Shown here: piece by piece, positions 1 through 13,285 of the stretch
Position numbering within the stretch: the stretch's first letter is position 1
How the letters are laid out: every line of letters begins with the position of its first letter
Translations under genes and position numbers: made by a program
Source of the DNA: Schmidtea polychroa
Lineage: Eukaryota
Reading direction: 5' to 3'
Assembly: GCA_044892525.1 (NCBI GenBank)
Contig: CM097885.1
Coordinates: 31,684,001 to 31,748,000, forward strand
Length of the DNA stretch: 64,000 nucleotides
The notes under the pieces: generated by a model
Told to the model about the DNA's origin: nothing
Seen by the model: only the letters and a program-made list of their open reading frames with translations
Databases searched by the model: none

Positions 1-951
1 TATTATTATTATTATTATCATTATTATTATTATATTTATTATTATTATTATTATTATAAACTTAGAAGCCTTTTATTCGATGGAAACATTTTGTAATATA
101 ATAGTTTTCAGTTTAGTTAAGATGTTTAGTTTTGTTTTCTTTTAAAATTCATTTTATTCATTTTTATGCACTATAAATTTGATTAAATACTATTACGAAA
201 TTTAAAATAAAGAATTAGAAAAGTAGAATTTGTGAATGTTTCAAAATTCTTTTTTGAAGACTATTTTAAAAATAATTCTAAACTCTAGAAGTCGATATTT
301 CAATTTTCATTTTTTGATGTTTTTATTAATTTGCATTTACATATTTTACAAAATCTATAAGAAAAATGCATAGCTAATTTTTAACGAAATTATGAAAATT
401 TGTCAATTCTCCAATTTTCTTAGAAAATCAAAATATTCCATTGAAGTAAAAAAAGATTTCAAATATGCTTTGCGATGTAATAACGATTTCGTAAATGTTC
501 TCATACAAGGAGGCTAGGATTAGATAGCTGCTATTAAAATTTAAAATGCTTCTTTAAAACAAAATATTGTATATTATATAAATATTTCCATTGGTGATAA
601 TTAATTTCATTAATATGTAAAATGCCCCACTATTTATTCTCAAAATTTGTTGATATGAATATTTTGAATAAAATGAATAACAATGAAAATAAATATTGTT
701 GAATAAAAATCAAATGAACTTCTGTTAATAATAATAAATATAAACCAAAATAGTTTATGAAAATTAATTGTGTTGAATTATTATGACAACAGTATTTGAT
801 ATTAATAATAGATTAGTGAATTGGAAAAATATTAACATAGATTTTTTTTGCTTTTTAGTTGAGAGAATTTAAATATTTTAACTTTATAATTTATTACGAT
901 ATGTATATATTATCTTAATAAAATGTTTTGTTGTTTTGAAACAATTTCAGT

Positions 952-1068
<117 letters not shown>

Positions 1069-1210
1069 TTTTTCAATTTTCACGACTGATTTCCTTTCAA
1101 TTGACATTTTATATTTTAAAAAAACTTGACTATGAATCAGTAATGATATCAGAAAAATATCATTATCTTTATTGATTCATAGTCAAGTTTTTAAATAAAT
1201 ACAATTATTA

Positions 1211-1257
<47 letters not shown>

Positions 1258-1304
1258 AATTTTTATTTATTTATTTTTTTTTAATTTTTTTTATTATTAT
1301 TTAG

Positions 1305-1530
1305 TTTAAAGGTTTATCAAGGAAAAACACAGTACCAGAATACAAAGTTCAAGAAATTCGCAGCAATAATTTAATTCTTTTACATTATAGCCTGTTCAAA
1401 ATTATCTGGGACTGGCTGACTTTATTATCAACATTTTATGTTGCAGTTGTCGTTCCGTATAATGCGGCTTTCCTTGGGGCACGAAATTTAATAGCATGTG
1501 ATATAACAGTTGAGGTTCTTTTTGGAATAG
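1305..1530 (+). CDS. Elk/EAG-family (KCNH) voltage-gated K+ channel, internal exon (pre-S1, S1, S2)
   Basis: After ttag acceptor, reads FKGLSRKNTVPEYKVQEIRSNNLILLHYSLFKIIWDWLTLLSTFYVAVVVPYNAAF...DITVEVLFGI, the PEYK/ILLH/WDWL/TFYVAV pattern of Elk (KCNH3/4/8). Ends G|gtaag (phase 1). The exact acceptor is less certain. Confidence 0.9.
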
Positions 1531-2900
1531 GTAAGTATGATCTTGTATATTATACAATGTATAAGTATATAAAAGCATTACATAATTTTATTAATTACTT
1601 TGAATTTATTAATTACTTTGAATTTATTAATTGATGTTAAAATATAACAAATAGATATTGCAACTAAAATAATAACAAAATCTAGAAGTGTTTTAGGCTG
1701 AAAAATATTATAGAACATTATAAAGTTACATAATAAATTGCTATCATTTGTTATTTTGCGTTCAAATATTTAATGAAATTGTAGTGAAATAGACAAAACT
1801 GGATAATTGAGTTGTTTATTCTCTGTTTCTGTTTACATATAAAACATGAAAAATTTTTTATATACTTTGTTATTACATATTAAAATATTTCTTTTCATTT
1901 TTTCATTACTCTAAGTTTATATTTTTAAAAGTTCAATTTTATGTAAAAGATTTTTTTGATAGTTATTTTTAATTTTTTCTATAGATTTTCATAGAAATTA
2001 ATGAAAGATTGTGTAAAATTTGAATTTGTTTAGAAAAACATTATTGAGGAAATTGAATTAATAAAAAAGGTTATATTTATATTGTATTAATAATTAAATA
2101 ATTATCCTTTTTTGTTATTTTTTTCAAATATATATTATAAAAAGTCATTGCTATATTATTCTTTAATAATTAATATCATGTTTTACAATTTATGTTTTCG
2201 TTCATCTTAAGCAAACGTAGATTTAGAAAAACTCCTTATACCAGTTAAAATTATTGTAGTGAAGGTAATTTACAATGTTTTTAGAACGCCTTTTTGTTGC
2301 AATACAGACTACACGGGAGCAATTTAAGCAATAATTTCATCTATCGACGTTTCCATCGAGTTCATATTATGAGTTCAAGCTATAAAGACAGGACACCATA
2401 TTTTTTAATTTAAAAGTATATTTATAAACAATGAAGACTTTAAATTTCTGAAAAGTTTTTATTTTAAAATAACTATAAGGTTAAATGCTCGACAGATGAC
2501 TTTATATATATATATGAGATCTACATTTTTCAAAATAATACCAAAAAATCAACTAATTTTATTGAAACTGAATTTTTTATTATTAAATTATTTGTATATT
2601 AAAGACGTACACCTCGTTAATTTATTTGGTGATTTCAATTTAAACATTTTCAAAAAAAATAATTAATGGAATAATTCAGAAATAATAAATCAGACAAAAT
2701 GTTAACAATCATCTGTAGAAGAAATAAAAAATTAAATTTTAATTTCTTTTCAAATAAATTTAACTACTGCTGTCGGGAATTTAATTGCTTTTGTAAATGA
2801 ATTGTAAATTATTTGAAAATAATTTTTAAAACATAATTAATTTCAAAAAATTAGTTTTAAAATTTAATAGTCATTTGTTGAAATATGATAAATTATCTTT

Positions 2901-3014
<114 letters not shown>

Positions 3015-4468
3015 TAATTAATTAAACAAACATGATAAAATTATAAGAGAAACACTATGAAACAGATATCTATAGAAAACTAGCTGGTAATGGTCTCTAT
3101 TCTTTTCTAGAAGCTGTTGTATATTTAAGTATATGAGAAATATTTTGAAAAGTTTGATTTTTTCTTTATGGTCTTTATCTTTTACTAAAATTGGTGGAAT
3201 TGCTGACGAAGAATGGATATTCTAAATCATTTTTATTATTGATGATAAAAGAAGTTGTTGATAAATTTAATATAAATTCTAAGGATGTATGATAATGTCT
3301 GGATGTCCTTTGACTCATGTGGGTGAGTTGGTGATGAGGAAAACAAATTTAATTTTAAGTGTAATGGTGATGTGCCTAAATTTGTGTTGGTATTGCCATA
3401 CTCCGAACGTTTTACAGGTTATAAGACAACGATAAGTAAGCAGTTTGGGATTTAAATTATAAAATCGTGTCTAATTCATGTAAAGTTCGCAATATGTTTA
3501 TTAATAAAAAATATGTTTATTAATATCTATTATTTTTCTATCCTATCTGACGATGACAGGAAAACTGCCGAGATATATCGTAAGACGAATGTTAGTGTTA
3601 CGTTTTCTTTTTGCCTTTACAAAATAAAATTAAATTAAGTCCCTACAAAAATAGAACGTCTACATTGTTTTTCCTACATTTTTTTAAGGCAAATGATTTT
3701 ACTATCAAAGTCTCATAAGTTATAGAATTTAAATTTTTTTTTATTATTAGTGGTCCTGTTTCCATACAACAGGTTCTGTTCTTTAATTCATGCAGTTTTT
3801 CCTTACAAGTCATCATGAACTCTGTAAAACTTAAAAATTATTTTAGTATTGATCCTCAGAAAATACTAAGTTCATTTTTATTTTGACCATATCCCAAAAT
3901 GTGTTTTACGTCGGATAATGAATTTTTGATACATAGTCACAATAAAAACTTATAAAAAATTAAAAGAAAATAACAAAATATAAAAGATTTTACTGATAGT
4001 AGAAGGGTTTATTTAAACCGTTGATTTATATAAAACTTTAAAAATACATTGCTTCAAATCGTTCCATCTGGCAATTTCCACAAGGTTTGGGGACTGCAAG
4101 TTATAACATCTTGGCTAAATATAAAAAATGAAAATCTCCTTGAAATATTCCGCCAGTGTAGCTTAAAAAATATATTTAAAAAATAGATGAAAAAATTGCT
4201 CATAATAATTTTTCGCTTAAGAAAGACAATGGGAAAAAATGTCCAAATTAGTAATTTAATCTATAAAAATAATTTCTCATAAAACGTGTTTTTATTGAAA
4301 AATATGTAAAATAATAAATTATTTATTTGATAAATTGTTTCAATAAATTTTATTGTTAAAAGTATATAAATTATTAATAATTATATATTTAATAAGGCTT
4401 TAATCAGATGTGATCTGTTGGTTATAAATTAATAAATAAATTAATTTTTCAATATTTTATTATTTTAG

Positions 4469-4650
4469 ATATTGTGCTGAATTTTAGAACAACATATGTC
4501 AATAAAGCTGGTCAAGTCATTTATGATCCAAAGGCTATCGCGAAGAACTATGCAAAAGGATGGTTTTTCCTTGATCTTCTGGCAGCCGTACCGTTTGACA
4601 TCATAGATTTGCTCTCGAATCAAGAAGCAACGCAAAGTTTTGGCGCTGTG
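4469..4650 (+). CDS. KCNH/Elk channel exon (S2-S3)
   Basis: ttttag|AT completes the Asp codon from the previous exon. Reads DIVLNFRTTYVNKAGQVIYDPKAIAKNYAKGWFFLDLLAAVPFD. Donor gtaaat at 4651, phase 0. Confidence 0.93.
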
Positions 4651-5927
4651 GTAAATTATATTATTCTAACTCAGTGGTTATCTTTTATTATTAGTAAATA
4701 AAATACCAAAAATATCAAACATCTTGTAATCAAATTGTTAGAATAGTCTTGACTATCATAAATTTAATATTAAATAATCAAAATTAATATAAAAATTAAA
4801 GATGGTTGCTTTTTATATTCTCATTTAATTTTACATATACATTATTTTAACCTAATTATGTGGAGGCTAGTGTAGAAGAACAAATACCGTTATATAACAT
4901 GACAATTTAAACAAACTTTTCATTAACTATTCAGAGATCTCTACATCATTTAATGAATTCACAAGAACAACGACTTAATTAATAATATAAACATTTTTAA
5001 TTCGTAACGAAATCTCGTTACAACATCCTTGAAAGTAATTGTCTTTAAAAAATATTAAAGGTTTTATGATTAATCGAAAGAGGAAAAGAAATTTTATTAA
5101 CATATTCCATTTAGTGCTGATAACGAATTGGCCATGAAGATATATAAAGTTTGAAGATATTTATTCGATTATGAACATTTTATTGAATTGAATTCTTTCT
5201 TTCTAATTTAATGATGACATCGAATATCAAGGTAAGAGTTTAAAATCTCAAAAGAATGAAAAGGTTTAACCGCATCTACTAGTAGATACGAAGGACTTTA
5301 TAGCTTCATTTGTCGGTTGCCGATATAATTTTGTATACCAAGGACATGAAAACCTTTTAAAGAAATTATTTTTTGTGTGCTTAAAATAGTTACAGCGTCA
5401 AGTTAAAATGCTTGGAAAAAACTATAATATTAAAACATTTTCAAATCAAATCGACTATAAGCAGAAAAATATATGTACGCTGCTCAATGCATATTATTGA
5501 CATGCAGTTAGAATCAGGAAATGAATGTCAAATACATTCGGTTTAGTTAGGATCCGTGAAAATGAAAATTTACCACACAACTTCGAATTTATTGCACGTC
5601 TTTACAATCAGAAAATATGTCGCATGAATTTGACGTACACATTTTTTGCTTATAGCAGATTTGATTTATAAATGTTGTATCTTGGTTAAATATTTCAATT
5701 TAATATTACATTTCTAATTCTCGTTAATCATGCAATTTATTAATTTAATATTAATTGATAAAAATTGTTCAATTTTTCACATAACACTATAAAAGTTTTT
5801 TGAAGATTTTAAGGAATAAAATAATAATTAAATTCGTTTAACTTTATTGAAAGGAGTTGTTTAGAATTAAGAAATATTGTCTTGAAAATTAAAGATGTCA
5901 TTTAAGAATAAAAAGATGTTTATAAAA

Positions 5928-5979
<52 letters not shown>

Positions 5980-6463
5980 TAAATAATAATAATAGCATTA
6001 ATAATAAAGCTGCACAAAGATTCAATAATAAACGAAATAAATTATATTGATAAAAGTGGTGCTAAAATTTTGTGGTAAATATAAAAATAAAATCTTTAGT
6101 CTAAAATAAAGAAAAAATTAGAAAATGAAATAGTCTTTGAATAGGAAATTTTTAAAATAAATTAATGATTATAAAATAAAATTTCTCAATAGAGATAATT
6201 ATTTAGATATTTTTTTGATTTGGAAAGCAATAATTTTTCCAAGAAATTTTCATTTTTGCCTTATTGAAAATTCAATGAATATTCCATGTAATTGAATAAA
6301 TTTTAAAAGAATATGAAAATGAATTTTATCTGTTCATCTTGAAATTTTCATTAATTTAAAATTCCGTCGTCATATGATCTAACTGCAAATATTAAATGAA
6401 ATTTCATGATATTCAAAATTGCCAAAAATAAATTATATGATTTGCAGTTATATTGGTTTTACC

Positions 6464-6768
<305 letters not shown>

Positions 6769-7599
6769 ACTCAAAATTATAAAAATTTTGACTCTGAAAA
6801 TATAATTATAACATTTTTGCAATCAATGCTAATATATTCCATTTGATTTAAAACCTTTTATGCAATATAGTGAACAAAGATTGAATAAAAAGTAAAAATT
6901 TAAAGATTATTTGTTAGTCAAACACAACCTTATTAAATGAAAGATTATATCTTTTTAACATATTTTTAATAAAATAATTTATAATCCAGGTAAAAAAGAA
7001 TAATAATTTGGAAATTAAATGAAATTAAATTCAAGTTAATAAAAAAACAAAATATAGATTTAAAAGAAATCCAAATGCATATTCACTTAAATTCTTCTTC
7101 ATCACTGCTATAAGTTATTATATTACCTATTTAATAATTTAATCTTACTAATATTCATTGTAAAATAAAAATAATTGTTGTGATCCGTTTTGTTCTATGA
7201 CTGAAAACAAACTAAAATGTACATCACAAACATGGATTCTTGTTACGATGTACAAAAATCGCGTTACAATAAAGGTTTCTGCATTCTTTTAACAGCGTTG
7301 TAGCGAAAACGCGTTACAAGAGTGACACGTCATAGGAGGGTTTACTGCATTTTGATTATTTCTGGTATTTAAACAAAATTATTTGTCTAACGAGTGTGAC
7401 ACCAAAATCGGACAAAGAAATAAATGAATGTATAGGTACTATAGGTATGATTTTGGAGTTATTAACAACCAATCATATTTGTTGAGTAACACACGTGTGA
7501 CGTGATACATTTATTTAGTCAAATTTACATCATTAACAGTAGTAACAGCATCATAGAAAAACTTCGACGTGAACGCGTATTTAACTTTTGGAAGACACA

Positions 7600-8850
7600 C
7601 TGTTAAAAAAAATGCATTCATTGTCCAGCACTTTCTCTCCGAGGGTATTTTACGATCAACTGATGACAAACAGGAACAAAATCCTTTCTAAATCCCAGAG
7701 TGTAGTAATTGGCTGATGAATCCATAAACGGAAAGGTGTTTCCTTCCGCAGGAGGCCAAGAAATATGGCGTTAGTGAGATTATCATTCAGCGTGCTGTGA
7801 AGGAACGGGACTTAAATGTTTCAGAAGAATCCAAGCTCCGCGCTATATCAGTGTACAAAAAGAAGTGCTGAAACTGAGACCGAGAAAGTTCCTCAACCTT
7901 TTGTGCAACAAAATTATCTATTTTAAATTGAAATGTGATTACATCCCCGGGAATGACAATTTTTGACATTGCCTCGGCATCAGATAAAATCTAATTTCGT
8001 AATGAAAAATATTTTCTTGTTCAGCTGATGGTAAGTGATCCTGTAACCATGAATACTGATTTCGTACCAAATTACTGCCGTTCATTAATCATTTCCATGA
8101 TGCATTACGCAAGACCAACGCAGTCCCTAATTCATGAAATCCGTTTATCTAGTTAAATTCCGTTTGTCCCAAAGGAATCCAACTCTTTCAAACTTCCCAT
8201 TGTCACCCAGTGGAAAATTATTGCTCGCTCCTCATAGCTGAGATTTACAGGGACTGATGTGAGACAGATTCCATCCAACAATTACAACGCCGTATCCAGC
8301 GATGCATTCCAACAGTTTCTTAAGCAGCTGCGCAGAATGACTTTAAAACTATCCGAAAACGCCTACGTAGACACCCTGCTTTTGCATTCTTTCCGTATGG
8401 AGTTATCCCACTATTTACTATCTGCACGTATTTTAATATAACAGTAGGCCACTTTCAACCATCATGTCATCGTTAGTGACTAACAATTTTTCCACAGATT
8501 GAGAACTACCTTCTTCGAGTGATTTTTGTAATAATTGGACTAATCGTGTTCCCTATGGATTACGGCAAAAGGCAATCTCGATTAAGTTTAATTTCTTATC
8601 CAAGATCTCAAATTTCCTATAGACTCGAGCAGTTTTGTAACTAGACCAAACGGAGCAACATGATTCACCAAGTCCTCGGCGCTGGCCAGCTTTGTATAGA
8701 GAATTATCTAGTTAATATGATGATCGGTAGTGTGGCTAATTGTTGCATTGAGGCTCAGGACTTTCTTGAGAACTAAAAACATTTTTTTCTTTGGGGGGTT
8801 AGGCACAGTTGAGGCTGATTCGTAATTTCATTAAAATGTATGAATCAACC
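7600..8850 (-). mobile_element. Highly degraded LTR-retrotransposon pol-like remnant
   Basis: GC-richer island. The minus strand gives an RT-like APFGL near 8645-8660 among frequent stops. Boundaries approximate. Confidence 0.4.
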
Positions 8851-9355
8851 CATTTTCTTATTACAGCTTAGGTGTACCAAGTCTTTTCGGTCTCAATAAC
8901 ATAAGTGCCCGAAATACAAAGATTCTTGTATCTAGATCTCTCCATTATTTTTTATTGTATTCGATTGAGTAACTATTTCGTTTGTTTACATTGGTCATTT
9001 TATATAGGTAAATCTTTTATCAAAATATTGAAATTGTAAAAAAAATTAATCAAAATAGATTTTATTTTATTTTCTAGTTATTAGTTTATTATAATATCAT
9101 ATTGGTGTTCATTTATTAACACTGATTTGTAAATGTAATTTTTGATAACTACCGACTATGTTTTATTGTCAAAGTAGGTTGTTTAATAATTTTTTTCAGA
9201 AAAATTAGGTTAGATTTTCGAGGTAGTTTTATCTTTCGAAGAAAGACGATAATAAAAATGTTTATGATAATGTTTGATTTTATTAAATAATATTAACTCT
9301 TCTTCGTTAATTATTACTTAATTAACTTTTAACAATATATATATCGCAAGCTTTG

Positions 9356-9357
<2 letters not shown>

Positions 9358-9431
<74 letters not shown>
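9358..9431. repeat. (TA)n microsatellite
   Basis: Directly visible. Confidence 0.95.
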
Positions 9432-9435
<4 letters not shown>

Positions 9436-10959
9436 GTAAAATATTTTTTTACGGATGTCTAACACTAAAATAATATAAACATTACAAGCTTTGCGATACC
9501 CAATGCAAATCCCAATAGTAGACTAGTTTCGAACTATCATCAGTACTATGCAGGAGACGCGAAGATTTCTCTTCGAGCCAGGTAAGTATACAATATTGCT
9601 AATTCAACTCTATTGCATACTTTACCTGCTACACTGGAAATCACACCACTTGCAAATTAGCTAAATCACAGAAAAAAATATCTGCAAAAAAAGCTTGTAA
9701 TGTTTATATTATTTTAATGTTAGACATCCGTAAAAAATATTTTACTCAATTACAAGTTAAAAATGCTAAAGGTTTACGGATGCACTTGTAAACAGTTTCT
9801 GTGTATGACGGTGTCTCCAGAGACAAATATGATTTTTCATACGCCTTGTTTACAAGTTGGCAGATAGTTTTTCTGTGATTTAGCTAATTTGGAAGTGATG
9901 TGATTTCCAGTGTACCAGGGAAAGTATACAATAGAGTTGAATTAGCAATATTGTATACATATATAATAAAACATTGATTTAGAAATTAATAACAGTCAAT
10001 GAGCTACACTAAATTTCTAATCAGATACAATACATATTATCTTCATTATTTTTATTTACATAAAACCTTCGATAATTCTTGACCATTTCAGAGCATGTTG
10101 AAATAATATGTAGAAAAAGCTTTGAAAGTATGTGTTTTTGTTTAAATTGTGCTCTGGTCCACAAAGGTTGATCAGGTTTTCGTGTATCTTTTTATCATCT
10201 CATACCTTCTTTTTTCTTTGAATTAATCATCAATCCATTTAGAAGCAAATTGAAAAATCCTTTTTGATTCATTATTATAAAACTTTAAGAAACTTCAGAT
10301 AATTTATACAAACTTCTGCAATGATTTACAAATGCAATGCATTAGAAATGCATGATTCTTATTGGTTAAATAAGGGTAAAAATAAAGTTATTATTATAAG
10401 AACTTTTTTTTCAATTTTCACCACTGATTTCTTTTCAATTGACCGTGTATTTATTATTAATATAGTCTCTTTCGAAAAGTTTTAAAGTCTTATAATACAC
10501 AGTTATTTTTCTAAATTGATTTTTAAATACTAAAGATATTTCTCAATTACACCAATGAATACTGCAAAACCTTTAATTACATAAAATACAAATATTTATA
10601 AATAATTTATATAAAAATGAAATATAATTTCTTCGGAAAAAATATTTCGACATTTTTCTCTGTAAATATTTATGTTATTATTTTATCAACAATTAGAAAT
10701 GACAAATAGAAATATATAGAAATCACCAATAAAGCATTTAAACAAAATATTTACAGTCTAGTAAATTTTTACCTTCTCCATTTCAAAAAATATAATTTAA
10801 TATTTTGTGCTTTAGATAAATTATTAATAACTTTTACAGTTCAAATAAAGTTTTGATAATTTTCATAATCCCGTTTTGAAAATTGTTTATTCGTTTGAAT
10901 TTTATTTAATTTTACACAAACCAAATGTTTTACCAAAAATGACGTTAAATATGCAACAT

Positions 10960-11410
10960 CCTTAAAGCTAAACGTACGTTAATAAAGGACTCAGTGGACG
11001 AGTTTGTAGATTTTATCGCATGGATTCACTATTGAAAATATCAACAAATGAGTGATATTTGCGCTTAGAACGTTTTTGTGAATCAGTAAAAGATTATTCA
11101 AAACAAGAAAGACCATCGACATCAAAGACTGATAAAATCATCGACAAAATCAAAGCAACGATCATCGAAAACAAGAAAATGACAATTAATGAGATAATAG
11201 AAGAGACTCCAATTTTTATATACACAGTTCATTGATTATTTGACAATTTGTGGCTAAAATAATATCAATACAATTGTGCACCGAGAAAATAAAAGGGAAT
11301 TGAGTATAAAAGATTGAGTATAAAAGTAGTTGAAGACTGGATTAAACGTTGTCACAAGTGTATTGAATCGGAGGGGGGGGGGGGGTTGCTTAGAAGGTGA
11401 TAAAATTTTA
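10960..11410 (+). mobile_element. Tc1/mariner transposase remnant
   Basis: RPSTSKTDKIIDKIKATIIENKKMTINEI (mariner HTH linker) and C-terminal DWIKRCHKCIESEG...EGD. Confidence 0.7.
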
Positions 11411-11727
11411 ATTAGCTTTGTAATTCAAGTTTAAATTAATGTGACCGAATAATATTTGATAGTGTGAGTCCATATAAAAGTTTTTATTTCATATTTTTTA
11501 TCCAGATTAAAACCTTTTCATATTAGATGATTACCCGTTTTAGCACTGGGGGAAATAATTTACGATTCAATTATTTTTCTTTTTCAATTTGTCTATTGAA
11601 AATGGTAACGTTATGGTAAATTCTAAATAATGAAATATTATCAAACAAATTATAAAAATGTATAAGATAAATATTATTATAAGAACTTTTATTTCTTCCA
11701 ATTTCACCACTGATTATTTTTTCCATT

Positions 11728-11848
11728 GAATTTATTAAAAAGAGAGTTTGAAGACCTTAAATCAGTAATATATCGATGTTTGTTGATATCAACAAACATC
11801 GATATATTACTGATTTATAGTCTTCAAACTCTCTTTTTAATAAATTCA
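11728..11848. repeat. ~120-bp near-perfect hairpin, member of a dispersed MITE-like family
   Basis: TGAATTTATTAAAAAGAGAGTTTGAAGAC...GATATC...GTCTTCAAACTCTCTTTTTAATAAATTCA. Relatives at ~1070-1195, 10390-10445, 27450-27580, 43750-43885, 50075-50255 and 53270-53385. Confidence 0.8.
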
Positions 11849-12924
11849 GTATAGAATAAAATTAAAATAAATGTTTTAATTACAATAACATTTATTGAAA
11901 TTTAAATTATTTTATAAAATTAACTAATGTAATTTATTCACAAAATAATTATTTAAACAAATCTATTTTTCAATTATTACAGTAAAAAAAATCTCAAATG
12001 TTTAAAAAGAACGATTTGGTGAAATTGAGTAAATTTTTCATAAAATTCATTAGAGAAAACTTGATTTTTAGGTGTCATTGAAATAATACTGTCATGTTGT
12101 AGATAAAAAATAAAATTTTGAATATTGGTTTAACCCAATAATAATAGATCACTGACAAATGCACAGATCTTTTAAATGTTAATGTAGAATGAAATTTTTT
12201 ATTAAATTATTTAAAATAAAATATTCGCAATTCATTTGTATTTTGTTTAAATTTCGATTTGAGTAATTGCCAGCATGAAATTTCAAAGAAAATAAATTTA
12301 ACTAAATCATTACTTTAAATAATCAAGAAAAATAAATTTGGAAATTTTTAAGAATACGGAAAATTTATTATTTATCACTGAATTTAAATTTAAATTGTCA
12401 TGAATAGTTATTGAAATTAAAGATAGCAATAATTAGAATATGTCTTTGACAGAACTCTTTCAATTATCCATTTATTATGCTTTTTAATGTCAGTAGCATA
12501 TAATGAGGACTCCAGGACACTTTCAAGGTCATGGAATATCAAGATCAAATATAGGTCAATTGAATCATTTATTTATTTATTTTTTTTTTTTTTAAATTAA
12601 CATTTTATTTAATTACTTCTTTTTAATTTTTTCTTTTTAATTTTTTCATTTTAATTTTATTAATTAATTATTTTATTATGTTTTATTTTAATTTATTACA
12701 TTTAATTAATTTATTAGTTTATTAATATTTTATTTTAATTACTTACGCTATTTAATTATTATTATTATTTTTTATTTATTTATTTATTTTTTTTTTTTTT
12801 AATTAATTAATTTATTTTTTATTTTTATTTAATTACTTCTATTTATTTATTTATTTATTTTATTTTTTTTATTTTTAATTTTCTTAATTAATTATTTTAT
12901 TATGTTTTTATTTTAGTATTATTT

Positions 12925-12963
<39 letters not shown>

Positions 12964-13285
12964 TTTTTTTTTTTTTTTTTAATTTTACATTTACATTATA
13001 TTCTAACAAGAGGTACATTATAACAATAATATTTCAATTTGAATAAAATATTAATTAGAAATTATTTAATTTATTATAAAATAAAACGCTGAGTTAATTT
13101 TAGATAAACCGGATATTAATTTTTCGGAAAAAATAAATAAAATAAACACAAAAATAATATTTCTTACTTGAAACTAATTATCTAAATTAATTGGACAAAT
13201 GAATAATTAAATGATAAAACACATTTTAATTAACTAAGTCAAACAATTCACAATATATATTTTATTATTCACATAAATTTAATTG

